From NCBI GenBank assembly GCA_003252295.1, contig QKEV01000011.1, forward strand, positions 7,127 through 71,126: a stretch of DNA of 64,000 nt, read 5' to 3'. Origin of the DNA: a bacterium (GTDB lineage: Bacteria; Patescibacteriota; Minisyncoccia; Phycocordibacterales; UBA12088). Below the pieces are notes generated by a model. The model saw only the letters and a program-made list of their open reading frames with translations, was not told the DNA's origin and did no database searches. Shown piece by piece: positions 36,909 to 46,776 of the stretch. The position numbers and the translations under genes were made by a program. Within the stretch, counting starts at the first letter, position 1. Every line of letters starts with the position of its first letter.

Positions 36909-37292
36909 ATGGAAACTACCGTATCAAAAACGATACGAACTACGTGGAACACCTCAGGATACTCTGAAATAGTCCGAGGTGTTTTAGGTTTGGACTACTC
37001 ACTCTCTGTTGTGCTTATTGGAGACAAACGTTCAAAAATTCTTAATAAACAGTTCAGAAACAAAGATAAAGTGGCAAATGTACTTACTTTTCCACTTAGT
37101 AAAACTGCTGGGGAAATATACATAAACATACCAAAAGTAAAACGAGACGCCCATTTATTTGGTCTATCCACAAAAAACTATGCAAAATTTTTGCTTATCC
37201 ACGGTTGTTTGCATTTGAAAGGGTATACCCACGGTAGTACAATGGAAAAAGCGGAAGACACCCTACTTTCAAAGTACACTACCCTCCGCTGA
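36909..37292 (+). CDS. ybeY: Endoribonuclease YbeY
   Basis: HGCLHLKGYTH zinc-binding motif. Confidence 0.85.
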   Translation: METTVSKTIRTTWNTSGYSEIVRGVLGLDYSLSVVLIGDKRSKILNKQFRNKDKVANVLTFPLSKTAGEIYINIPKVKRDAHLFGLSTKNYAKFLLIHGCLHLKGYTHGSTMEKAEDTLLSKYTTLR

Positions 37293-37414
37293 ATCAGCCC
37301 CTTCTAGAGTTTAGAGTTTTTAGGTAGGAGTTTAGAAAACACCCCTGTGTTTTGATATGCAAAATACAGAGAAATCAAAACTCAAAAACTCTACACTCAA
37401 AACTCATAATATAC

Positions 37415-38575
37415 ATGGCAAGAAAAATAGCAGTTGGAATAGATGTCGGTACATACCAAATAAAGGTGGTTATTGCTGAACAGGATTCAAGAGAACAGCG
37501 TATAAAGATACTTGGTACTGGCTTTGCGCAATCACGAGGTATTCGACATGGTTACGTAGTAAACCGTCAAGATATCAGTAAAATGTTGCAGCAAGCTGTT
37601 CATCAAGCTGAGAAAGCATCTGGTATTGCAATACGTCGAGCATACCTTTCTATTGGGGGTGTTGGACTTGAGGAGTTTCGTTCACGTGCTGAAGTGCTCG
37701 TATCACGTGCCGACAGTGAAGTAACCGAGCTTGATCTTCGAAATGTTATTGAGGAAAGTGAAAGGAAAATAAGTTCACGCCTCATCAACAGAAAGATTAT
37801 TCATCCGATCCCCCTCACCTACCGTCTTGATGGCGAACGACTCATGGGTTCCCCTTTGGGAATGAAAGGAACAAAATTGGAAATTGACTCTCTCTTTATT
37901 ACCGCTCTTGAGCAACACTTGAATGATCTAATAGCCGCCGTCGAAGAAGTAGGTATTTCTGTTGTTGATGTTATGGCAAGTCCACTTGCAGGCAGTTTTG
38001 TAACACTAACAAAAGCGCAGAAAATTGCTGGTGTCATACTTGCAAACATCGGTGCAGAAACTGTATCAATCGCTGTGTTTGAAAATGAAATACCGATCTC
38101 AGTAAAAGTGTTCCCTATGGGCTCAACTGACATAACACATGATATTGCACTTGGTCTCAAGATTTCCATAGATGACGCAGAGCAAGCAAAGATGGGTGCA
38201 CTTGTAAACTCTTCTGCATCAAAGAAGCAGCTTGATACCATTATCACACGAAGGCTGTCAGACATTTTTGCACTCATTGACGCTCATTTAAAACGTCTTG
38301 GCAAAAATGGTCTGCTTCCTGCTGGTGTAGTTATTTCAGGTGGAGGTTCTGGTATTACTACCATTGAAGATATTGCGAAAGCAGTTTTAAAAATTCCTTC
38401 AAAGAAAGCGGCTTTTTCTATCAACACAAAATCAAAAGTGAGAAATAGTACTTGGGCAGTAGCATATGGCCTCTGTATTTGGGGACTCAGTAACGATGCT
38501 GAGTCAAGTAGCCTGTCCTCCATAAAAGAAAGTGCGAGTGGAATTTTTGGTTGGCTTAAACAGTTCCTTCCATAG
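37415..38575 (+). CDS. ftsA: Cell division protein FtsA
   Basis: MARKIAVGIDVGTYQIKVVIAE actin-fold N-terminus. Precedes ftsZ. Confidence 0.85.
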   Translation: MARKIAVGIDVGTYQIKVVIAEQDSREQRIKILGTGFAQSRGIRHGYVVNRQDISKMLQQAVHQAEKASGIAIRRAYLSIGGVGLEEFRSRAEVLVSRADSEVTELDLRNVIEESERKISSRLINRKIIHPIPLTYRLDGERLMGSPLGMKGTKLEIDSLFITALEQHLNDLIAAVEEVGISVVDVMASPLAGSFVTLTKAQKIAGVILANIGAETVSIAVFENEIPISVKVFPMGSTDITHDIALGLKISIDDAEQAKMGALVNSSASKKQLDTIITRRLSDIFALIDAHLKRLGKNGLLPAGVVISGGGSGITTIEDIAKAVLKIPSKKAAFSINTKSKVRNSTWAVAYGLCIWGLSNDAESSSLSSIKESASGIFGWLKQFLP

Positions 38576-38660
38576 CCCTTTGTTTACGACATATTTTTAA
38601 TACATTTACATAAATACAAATGGGTTTGCGTGTCAATCTCTCTTTTGATTTGCGTCTGTT

Positions 38661-39947
38661 ATGATGACCCTACATAATCATTACGCTAAAAATATGCCAC
38701 AAGTACAAACAGACGTAGAATCATTTGCACGCATCAGAGTGGTAGGAGTTGGTGGCTCAGGATGCAACGCCATCAACCATATGATTAACTCCAATGTTAA
38801 AGGGGTTGATTTTATTACCATCAACACTGATGCACAAGATCTACAAAACTCACAAGCTAAAAAGAAAGTTCATATTGGAAAGAACCTCACCCGTGGACTT
38901 GGAGCAGGTGGTAATCCTGATTTTGGAAAAAGAGCTGCAGAAGAAACGCAAGAAGAAATTCTAGAGACACTTCGTGATTCTGACATGGTCTTTATTGCAG
39001 GTGGACTTGGTGGCGGAACAGGCACTGGTGCATCACCCGTTGTGGCACGCCTTGCCAAAGAAGCAGGTGCTCTTACTGTGGGTATTGTCACTAAACCTTT
39101 CACCTTTGAAGGTCAGCAACGTATGCGTGCTGCTGAGGAAGGTCTTGCAGCTCTCAAAGAAGAAGTCGATGCCATTATTGTTATTCCTAACGATCGTCTC
39201 CTTGCTATTGTTGATCGAGATACTTCTGTTTTGAATGCATTTGCACTCTGTGATGACGTGCTACGACAAGCTGTCGAGGGTATCTCTGACCTCATTACCA
39301 GTCCTGGTATTGTTAACGTAGACTTTGCTGACATACGTGCTGTTATGGACAACGCTGGTTCAGCACTCATGGGTATTGGCTACGGCGCAGGTGAGAAACG
39401 TGCAGAGGAAGCAGCGCAAAAAGCCATCAACTCACCTCTCTTGGAGGTTTCCATCTCAGGTGCACGTGGAGTACTCTTCGCTATCGCTGGAGGTGAAGAT
39501 CTTGGTATGCTTGAAATACAAGACGCTGCACAGATCATTACAGAAACAGTTGATCCAAATGCGCGAGTTATTTTTGGTGCATTCCGTGATGAAAAATTGA
39601 AAAAAGACGAGATCAAAGTTACCGTTATTGCAACTGGTTTCTCTGAGGATGATATCCAAGGAACATCTTCTTCCCTCTTCTCACTCAGTAATGATCTTAA
39701 CCAAAAAGAAGAGATCACTCCTGCAGCAATCCATAACACTATCGCTGACGTACGCACTGCAAACGCTTCACGTAGCAATGCAGGAAAGACACTCACACCA
39801 AAACCTGAAAAGAGTACTTCACTTCAGTTTGACAAAAAGATCCCAAGAAAGGATGTGGCAACTCAACCAAAGAAGGAAATAGATGAAGAGGATGATGATG
39901 CTGAATGGGGTATTCCACCTTTTCTTCGAAAATCAAAAATCAAGTAG
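38661..39947 (+). CDS. ftsZ: Cell division protein FtsZ
   Basis: GGGTGTG tubulin signature and NTDAQ; C-terminal disordered tail. Confidence 0.95.
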   Translation: MMTLHNHYAKNMPQVQTDVESFARIRVVGVGGSGCNAINHMINSNVKGVDFITINTDAQDLQNSQAKKKVHIGKNLTRGLGAGGNPDFGKRAAEETQEEILETLRDSDMVFIAGGLGGGTGTGASPVVARLAKEAGALTVGIVTKPFTFEGQQRMRAAEEGLAALKEEVDAIIVIPNDRLLAIVDRDTSVLNAFALCDDVLRQAVEGISDLITSPGIVNVDFADIRAVMDNAGSALMGIGYGAGEKRAEEAAQKAINSPLLEVSISGARGVLFAIAGGEDLGMLEIQDAAQIITETVDPNARVIFGAFRDEKLKKDEIKVTVIATGFSEDDIQGTSSSLFSLSNDLNQKEEITPAAIHNTIADVRTANASRSNAGKTLTPKPEKSTSLQFDKKIPRKDVATQPKKEIDEEDDDAEWGIPPFLRKSKIK

Positions 39948-40040
39948 AACTACCTGTCTAATAGGAACGAGCTAAAAAACACGGTATAGTATACAAGCAG
40001 GACACATGTTCTGCTTGTATTTTTATTTAAGATAACTTTC

Positions 40041-40982
40041 ATGATGTACGATGTAATAATTATAGGTGGCGGTCCCGCAGCTGCAGCAAGTGGTGTATAT
40101 GCAGCAAGAAAACAGCTAAAAACACTTGTAGTAACAAAAGCGTTTGGTGGTCAAAGTATTGTTTCCCCACTCATACACAACTGGATAGGTACACCAGCAA
40201 TAAGTGGCGAACAGCTTGCAAAAAATCTTAAAGCACATTTAGAAGAATACAAAGGCGAATACCTCACTATCGTTGAAGACGCAAAAATTGAAAAAGTTAT
40301 TCAAAATGAAAACAAAAACTTTACGGTAACTAGTGAAAACGGAACTTCTTACGAAACAAAAACAGTACTTATTGCGAGTGGTGCAAACAGGAGAAAGCTT
40401 GATGTACCTGGAGCACAGGAATTTGATCAGAAAGGTCTTACATACTGCGCCACCTGCGATGGTCCGCTCTTTTCTGGTATGGATGTTGTTGTTATTGGAG
40501 GTGGTAATGCAGGCTTTGAAACAGCAGCCCAACTGCTTGCGTATACAAAGAGTGTTACTCTGCTTGATGTTGGAGACACGTTCAAAGCAGATGCCATCAC
40601 CGTTGAAACAGTTCTCAAAAATGAGAATATGAAAGCGCTACACAACGCAAAGACAACAGCCATAGTTGGAGATGCTATGGTAACCGGAGTTACTTACGAA
40701 AATTCAAATACAGGAGAGGGACATACTATACAAGCAACAGGTGTCTTTGTTGAGATTGGTATGGTACCAAATACCGAAATGGTAAGCGAGCTTGTGAAAG
40801 TAGATGACTACAACCACATCACCGTTGATCCTCGAACACAAAAAACTTCAATGCTTGGTATCTGGGCTGCAGGTGACTGTACCGACGGACTTTATGCCCA
40901 GAACAACATTGCTGTAGGTGATGCAATAAAAGCAATTGAGGATATATACGTGCATCTACACACTACAGAGCGATCTGCTTAA
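40041..40982 (+). CDS. trxB: Thioredoxin reductase
   Basis: DVIIIGGGPAA FAD motif, CATCDG redox disulfide, GGGN NADPH motif. Confidence 0.85.
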   Translation: MMYDVIIIGGGPAAAASGVYAARKQLKTLVVTKAFGGQSIVSPLIHNWIGTPAISGEQLAKNLKAHLEEYKGEYLTIVEDAKIEKVIQNENKNFTVTSENGTSYETKTVLIASGANRRKLDVPGAQEFDQKGLTYCATCDGPLFSGMDVVVIGGGNAGFETAAQLLAYTKSVTLLDVGDTFKADAITVETVLKNENMKALHNAKTTAIVGDAMVTGVTYENSNTGEGHTIQATGVFVEIGMVPNTEMVSELVKVDDYNHITVDPRTQKTSMLGIWAAGDCTDGLYAQNNIAVGDAIKAIEDIYVHLHTTERSA

Positions 40983-41520
40983 GCTCTGCTCGAATATCTC
41001 TATACTGCGGAACTGCCTGCTCTACAAGTTTCCAGAAACGTGAGGAATGATTCATCTCACGGAGATGACAAAGTTCGTGTACTAAAAGGTAGTCCTGTAA
41101 TGGTGGTGCTAAAAAAAGTATCCGATAATCAAAGTTTAGATTACCAAGCTCTGAACAGCTTCCCCACCTGCTCGTATTCGTGCGTACAGACACTCTCTTG
41201 TACTGAAAATTGTAGTGAAGTTCATTGAGAATACGTAAACGTTCTTCAATAAAGACCCGGGCTGCCTCCTTATGTTGCAAGTAATGCTCTCTATTCCACA
41301 CATTCTCATTTTTTGGAGTAGTGCTCAGTATTTTTTGAAGCCAACGCTTCTTCTTTTTGAGAAATTCTTCAACCATTCCTATAGTGACAAATCGGGGTAC
41401 TGTAACAATAACCCTACCATCCTGATGAACAGAGAGTGTGTATGACATATGACCCTTGCGTTTTCTCAAAGTGTACGGAACACTCATTCCTTCAAGCAGT
41501 ACTGTGCGTTGATATTTCAT
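40963..41520 (-). CDS. YgjP/DUF45-family metal-dependent hydrolase (SprT/WLM-like)
   Basis: HELCHLREMNHSSRFW (HExxH...NHS). 20-nt convergent overlap with trxB. Confidence 0.7.
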   Translation of the reverse strand: MKYQRTVLLEGMSVPYTLRKRKGHMSYTLSVHQDGRVIVTVPRFVTIGMVEEFLKKKKRWLQKILSTTPKNENVWNREHYLQHKEAARVFIEERLRILNELHYNFQYKRVSVRTNTSRWGSCSELGNLNFDYRILFLAPPLQDYLLVHELCHLREMNHSSRFWKLVEQAVPQYRDIRAELKQIAL

Positions 41521-41577
41521 GAACGTACAGTATACCGCAGAGAGTATTGCAATACATCACAGGAGATACTACTCTGT

Positions 41578-41937
41578 ATGTATATGAATGAAGAACACAC
41601 TCAAGAGGCACAGAAAGTTGAAGGTACACCTTTCGAACCTCATCACGAAAAGAATACCGGTATGGCGATTGTGGCATACCTACTCTTTTTCGTACCACTT
41701 TTAACAGAAGATAAAAATGATCCGTTTGTTAAGTTCCATGTGCGACAAGGATTTCTTGTTTTTATAACTGCTGTGATCGCGTCACTGCTTAACATGACCA
41801 TTATTCTCGCACCTATCGGCATGATTGTATTCCTTGGTGTTGTGGTACTTGCTGTACTCGGTATCGTCAATGCAGCACAAGGAAAAGAGAAGAAACTTCC
41901 TATTCTTGGTCAGTTTACTGACAAGGTACCTTTTTAA
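41578..41937 (+). CDS. Small membrane protein (DUF4870-like)
   Basis: Two or three TM helices after a short polar N-terminus. AGGAG about 11 nt upstream of the ATG at 41578. Confidence 0.5.
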   Translation: MYMNEEHTQEAQKVEGTPFEPHHEKNTGMAIVAYLLFFVPLLTEDKNDPFVKFHVRQGFLVFITAVIASLLNMTIILAPIGMIVFLGVVVLAVLGIVNAAQGKEKKLPILGQFTDKVPF

Positions 41938-41960
41938 GAACCTAATTTTTTATTAAAAAT

Positions 41961-42000
41961 AACCGTTCATGTGCATATGTGCACATGAACGGTTTTGTGT
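41961..42000. terminator. Bidirectional terminator (15-bp perfect palindrome)
   Basis: AACCGTTCATGTGCA tatg TGCACATGAACGGTT flanked by A-run and T-run, between convergent genes. Confidence 0.65.
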
Positions 42001-42014
42001 TAGCTATAAAACTA

Positions 42015-42284
42015 CTACTCTTGGTATGCTTCCTTCAGCTCTTCAACAAGAATGGTAACAAACTCCGGGTCGACCTCTAGACCGTAACCCTCTCTTGCAA
42101 GTGCACGTGCATCATCACTTGTTATACAACCAGCATGACCTGCCTTTCTCTCGGCAACTTCAACAAGGTCAAAAAAAGCATGCAAGTTAACACCACAACG
42201 TTTGACACTTACTGGCATCATACCAAATGTCTTTGGAAACCTTTTTGCATAACCCTCGAGACGTAGATCAACCTTTTGACTCAT
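42015..42284 (-). CDS. Hypothetical protein (89 aa)
   Basis: Last gene of a four-gene minus-strand operon headed by the GCS2 ligase. Confidence 0.45.
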   Translation of the reverse strand: MSQKVDLRLEGYAKRFPKTFGMMPVSVKRCGVNLHAFFDLVEVAERKAGHAGCITSDDARALAREGYGLEVDPEFVTILVEELKEAYQE

Positions 42285-42299
42285 CGTATCCCCCTGTTT

Positions 42300-42629
42300 T
42301 TAGCAAATATTTCTACGTTGAAGAAAAGTACATATACCTTCAATTACAGCATCCAAACTACCCTGTTTTTCTTCATTGAGCATGTATGTTTCAGATACGC
42401 TATATGCGCCATTATGCTCATAAATCTTAACAGACCCCTGTTCCGTCATGAAAAGAAAACACTTACCAGTGCCACCATGCGGAGAACCTCCACAAATAAC
42501 AATAGCAGATATTGGTTTTAGTAACTCCATACCATCAGGAACACATTCCATAAACTGAAACTCAAGGTTGTTTCCATCGGTACGGTTAGCAACTTTTTGA
42601 CCAATTTCTTTGATTTGTTCAGGATACAC
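42300..42629 (-). CDS. Hypothetical protein (109 aa; ICGGSPHGG motif)
   Basis: ORF in the operon, no family recognised. Confidence 0.45.
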   Translation of the reverse strand: MYPEQIKEIGQKVANRTDGNNLEFQFMECVPDGMELLKPISAIVICGGSPHGGTGKCFLFMTEQGSVKIYEHNGAYSVSETYMLNEEKQGSLDAVIEGICTFLQRRNIC

Positions 42630-42782
42630 TATTCCCCCTCCTTTACTGTTTTTAAGTAATAGATAGTAGCTACCTACTTATATTATCTCCACATACAAAA
42701 TCATTTTCTGCACATAAAGTCAAACAAAAAAATAAGCTAAGAAGGGTATCCTTCTTAGCTTATGTATTCTATCTATAGAACT

Positions 42783-43217
42783 CTACTTAATCTCCACCTG
42801 ATGGTTGCCACCACACCCGCCATTACAACCCGAGTCATGACACTCTTTGTTTGTTTTAACGAGTGAGCAACCAAACAACATAATACCGGCATTGATGCTT
42901 TGGAGTAGTGTAACGTTGACCACTTGCATCCCTTTTACTAGAGCAACTTGATCAGCAGCAGAGTATGCGGCAAATGCACCTACCTCAATGGGGCTAGAAT
43001 CACAGTAACTGTCTTTGATACTTGCAGGAACCTTTGTGACTTCAATACCTTTAATCTCTTTGATATCCAACACATCTCCAAAACGTTCGTAGTACTTTCC
43101 GGAGTATGTAATATCCCTTAAACCAACACTGTTATCATCAAAGTGTATAAATACAGTGATTATCACATACATCGATGGTGCCAGAGAACTTATTTCATTT
43201 TCCATTTTCTCCTCCAA
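42783..43217 (-). CDS. Hypothetical protein (144 aa; Cys/Gly-rich C-terminus CHDSGCNGGCGG)
   Basis: ORF in the operon. Confidence 0.45.
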   Translation of the reverse strand: MEEKMENEISSLAPSMYVIITVFIHFDDNSVGLRDITYSGKYYERFGDVLDIKEIKGIEVTKVPASIKDSYCDSSPIEVGAFAAYSAADQVALVKGMQVVNVTLLQSINAGIMLFGCSLVKTNKECHDSGCNGGCGGNHQVEIK

Positions 43218-43352
43218 GTGAGAAAGTAATCTTCTGTATTACACATCAACCTGATAGATATAGAAACATATATACTGCAATTGTCAATATATTAATATAA
43301 GTACAGGCTGAAGGTTTTACACCTTCAGCCTGAATAAAAGAACGATATTGGG

Positions 43353-44420
43353 TTAAAAAAAACAACTGTTGCCTACGAGTAAGTTAGAAATGAAAGTTGT
43401 TGCCATATCAAAAGCTCGTTCTGGATCACCCTTCTCTTTCAAGTAGTACCAATCATTTTCACTCATAACCGGCAACTCTTCTACGGGTGTACGTTTTACA
43501 AGACGTAGCAAACGATCATGCAACAAGACAGCTGGCACCGTTTGATGTGGTTCCATAGAACTTACTGCACGACCCTCAATACGAGCCATAAAACGACCTG
43601 CAGTGGTTAACTGTACACCGTTGTACCGAGCCAACCAGTATATGGTACCAAGGTGTGCCTGATTGAAATCCTTTGGCAACCCTTCATAAGAGTCAACTCT
43701 GCCATCAGGATGCATTTCAAAAAGCTGTGGAATTCTAAATAGCTCATCGAGTACATTATCGCAAAACTCCCAACTTTTATACTCTGGTCCACGACATGGA
43801 TGTGCAAACTGATAACTCATTGCAGACCTTTGGTTATCGTAGAGATCATCTGCATAACCTTCAAGAAATACACAGATAGCAGGGCCCCAGTTTATGAGAG
43901 CGTACAAAACTTTTTTTGGAAAATCAGCGAATGCATCAACGAAACCAAAATTAAACTGTGTTGCAGAGTGACCAGTCATACCTGGAACAATAAGTGCTGC
44001 ACCTTTAGGATTTTCCTTTCCCAAAACCTTGATCTTCATGTTGTACGCAGGAGCCTCAACAGCACCCAATGTCTTTTCGGCTGTTCCAGAAAATTGAAAC
44101 TGCCATTCCTTGGTTACCTCATTATGCGCAAGAAACTCAAACACGGTAATTAGCGCATTAAGATAGCTATGGATACTTTCACATGGGTTAAAAGAAATCT
44201 CTATTTGATTCTTGCCCAGATCATGACCAAGATACCACACGGAATCAACCTTCTTGAGTATCTCTATATACTCTGTAAGATCGACCGGATCCCCCTCCTT
44301 ATCAAACACAAAACCTTCCAACTCAACACCAATGGGACGTAAAAAGACGTACTGTGGTGTTGTGATACGTAACAACAAAAGACGTTTCAGCAGCTCAGTT
44401 GCTGTTTTTTTTCTTTTCAT
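43353..44420 (-). CDS. GCS2-family carboxylate-amine ligase (YbdK-like)
   Basis: IGVELEGFVFDKEGDPVDL resembles the YbdK N-terminal LGIELEMQVV motif; ATP-grasp-like glutamate-cysteine-ligase fold. Confidence 0.6.
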   Translation of the reverse strand: MKRKKTATELLKRLLLLRITTPQYVFLRPIGVELEGFVFDKEGDPVDLTEYIEILKKVDSVWYLGHDLGKNQIEISFNPCESIHSYLNALITVFEFLAHNEVTKEWQFQFSGTAEKTLGAVEAPAYNMKIKVLGKENPKGAALIVPGMTGHSATQFNFGFVDAFADFPKKVLYALINWGPAICVFLEGYADDLYDNQRSAMSYQFAHPCRGPEYKSWEFCDNVLDELFRIPQLFEMHPDGRVDSYEGLPKDFNQAHLGTIYWLARYNGVQLTTAGRFMARIEGRAVSSMEPHQTVPAVLLHDRLLRLVKRTPVEELPVMSENDWYYLKEKGDPERAFDMATTFISNLLVGNSCFF

Positions 44421-44558
44421 GATTCCCCCAAATGTTTTATTTTTACTTTTTACTGAACCTTAACCTGTTGTCCATAAAACTACTTTAAAAACACTTTGTC
44501 AACATATACACAAAAGCACCCAGTAAGGGTGCTTTTGCTCGTGTACTAGCATCTATCA

Positions 44559-45875
44559 CTAGTTCTCGTCAGTTGTGAAGTACTTTGTTGATCCACAAAG
44601 GATTGTATCGTCACCGTCCTCATCTTCAAAACCAACACAAATACTATAGTAGTATCGGGTATCATCATCGAGCCCATCAAGCTCCGCCTCATAGGTACCC
44701 TTTCCATCTAGATCTTTATCAACTCGAATAGCCTGGAAATCATCACCATCTTCATGATCATCTACCTCAGCATATGTATCGTAATCATCCTCAACATCCT
44801 TAACTTGATCTTCATCCGTACCATACACAAAGAACACTTCTCCATTTCTGAAATCGTTCATGTCTACAGTTCCCGTGAAGTCTGCACTGTCATCGGTTAT
44901 GTTACTTGCACTTCGTGTGGTCACATCTGGATACTCATCATCGTTACTATCACCACTATCAGTCACAAATGAGTATATTGTTCCGTACACTTCATCACCG
45001 TCCTCATCTTCTGCTACAGCACGGTAGTAGTAACGTGTGTCGTCATCAAGACCTGATATGGTCTTCTCAAACTCCTCGTCATCATTGTCATCTATCGTAC
45101 TATGACCAGTTTCCTCATCAAGATCGTAACGTGACTCTCCCCAAATAAAGTACACTTCGGCCTCATCATCACCATTGAGGTCAACCTCACCTCGAAGTTT
45201 TGCACTGTCTTCATCAATACTACTTGCTGAACGAGTGTAAACATCAACATCACTATTACTGTTACCACCATCACCATCTGTCACAAATGAGTACATGGCT
45301 CCATACATCACATCACCATCCTCATCTTCTACAGCAGCTTGGTAGTAGTAACGTGTATCTTCATCAAGGTCAGATATACTCTTCTCAAAAAGACCACTGT
45401 CGTTCTCATCAATGGTTATATGCCCTGTCTCTTCATCGAGATTATTTGAAGAGTCACCCCAGATAAAGTACACCTCAACTTCCTCGTCATCATCCAAAAC
45501 AACCTTTCCCTGAAGTGTCGCACTGTCCTCATCTATATCATCAGGCATACGAGTGAATATAGAGATATCACTGTTGTAACCATAGTTGTAGTTATAGTTG
45601 TAGTTATAGTTGCCACTTCGAAACGCCTGAAGTCTCAAACGAAACATTGCAAGCAGGTCATTAAAATCGTTATTACAATCACCAAAACAGTAGTTGTTGA
45701 TCTTTCCATTTTTATACCAACCTAAATGCAATCCATTGTTACCAGATATATTTACGGTCATCTGGTTTGCATTGCTACTTTTTGCTTCTGCAGTTGGTGT
45801 ACTGTAAGCAAAACCTCCCAAAAGGAGTAGTAACGCAAACGTACCAACTGAGGCATTACGTATATAATTTTTCAT
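44559..45875 (-). CDS. Secreted, highly acidic protein with three tandem Fn3-like repeats of about 90 aa
   Basis: Signal peptide. Repeats follow the pattern TRSASxIxxDSAxLxGxVDLN...VYFIWG...ETGHxTID...FEKTISxLDxDTRYYYRAVAEDEDGD..YGxxYSFVTD. Asp/Glu-rich with an NYNYNYNYGYN tract. Confidence 0.7.
   Translation of the reverse strand: MKNYIRNASVGTFALLLLLGGFAYSTPTAEAKSSNANQMTVNISGNNGLHLGWYKNGKINNYCFGDCNNDFNDLLAMFRLRLQAFRSGNYNYNYNYNYGYNSDISIFTRMPDDIDEDSATLQGKVVLDDDEEVEVYFIWGDSSNNLDEETGHITIDENDSGLFEKSISDLDEDTRYYYQAAVEDEDGDVMYGAMYSFVTDGDGGNSNSDVDVYTRSASSIDEDSAKLRGEVDLNGDDEAEVYFIWGESRYDLDEETGHSTIDDNDDEEFEKTISGLDDDTRYYYRAVAEDEDGDEVYGTIYSFVTDSGDSNDDEYPDVTTRSASNITDDSADFTGTVDMNDFRNGEVFFVYGTDEDQVKDVEDDYDTYAEVDDHEDGDDFQAIRVDKDLDGKGTYEAELDGLDDDTRYYYSICVGFEDEDGDDTILCGSTKYFTTDEN
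45583..45612. repeat. 12-nt tandem repeat (TAGTTGTAGTTA, about 2.5 copies) encoding the NYNYNY tract
   Basis: Read directly in the sequence; in-frame within the acidic repeat gene. Confidence 0.7.
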
Positions 45876-46024
45876 AGTATTTTCTTAAACTAATAGCCAA
45901 AGAACACATAGTACACTCCTCTACTACTTACTACGCATTCTATATGCTTTTCTTTCATTGTAAACACATGTGAGTATGGTCAAAAAAACTTCAAAATACT
46001 GTATTTTCGTATATACTGCTACGT

Positions 46025-46132
46025 ATGGCTAAAAGAAAAACAGGATTGGGTAAACCAAAAAAGTCCCCACCAAAGACAAAAAAGCGCATTGCAAAGAAAC
46101 ACGCAATGCTCGCAGCACGAAAAAAGAAGTAA
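46025..46132 (+). CDS. Tiny Lys/Arg-rich ORF (35 aa) with its own terminator
   Basis: MAKRKTGLGKPKKSPPKTKKRIAKKHAMLAARKKK. Unlisted because it is under 60 aa. No clear SD. Confidence 0.3.
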   Translation: MAKRKTGLGKPKKSPPKTKKRIAKKHAMLAARKKK

Positions 46133-46138
46133 GAAGAA

Positions 46139-46168
46139 AGCTGGCAGTTACAACTGCCAGCTTTTGTC
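46139..46168. terminator. Intrinsic terminator hairpin
   Basis: AGCTGGCAGTT aca AACTGCCAGCT followed by TTTTGTCTT. Confidence 0.6.
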
Positions 46169-46186
46169 TTACACCTATAAGTAAGG

Positions 46187-46588
46187 TTAAGAGAGTGTTT
46201 TTTTCATGTAAGTAACCAAATTCTCGGCAATAATTTTGTGTAGATTAGCGTTATCTACCCCATCGCTTGAAAGTTTGATTTTAAAACCAAATTCCCTGTG
46301 ATTAACAATTGCCTGAAAATATTCAATTTGGCACCCAAGGTACTCGACATAAAGATCTGGACACTGCTCGAGATTGTTAATGAGTGCATCAGTTTCACCT
46401 TCCCTGCCTGCCTCTGCTATAAGCATGTCACCTATTACCGTAACAAACTTTGTTATTGCAGGACATGGTTTTCCTAATTCTCCCCAACCACCTGGCACTT
46501 CATCAGTACCACCACAATTTATGCACTTTTCATCATATAACGATGAATCCGACCCACGTGTCACATGTGTCATATCAAAACCATTCAT
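46187..46588 (-). CDS. Hypothetical protein (133 aa)
   Basis: ORF with a Cys-containing N-terminus (CINCGG...CPA). Confidence 0.45.
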   Translation of the reverse strand: MNGFDMTHVTRGSDSSLYDEKCINCGGTDEVPGGWGELGKPCPAITKFVTVIGDMLIAEAGREGETDALINNLEQCPDLYVEYLGCQIEYFQAIVNHREFGFKIKLSSDGVDNANLHKIIAENLVTYMKKTLS

Positions 46589-46776
46589 AGCAACTCCTCC
46601 CCTTTTTCTTTTGCATTGAAAGTTATGCTTTCATCTAGCTGTACCATACCACGTAAACAAAAAAATGTAATACCTGCATTATAATTACTAAATACTAATG
46701 TATTTACTTGTTTTTCTAGATACCCAAGGGTGCTATTATGTACTACCGACACATTAGCAACGTAATCACATAAACC

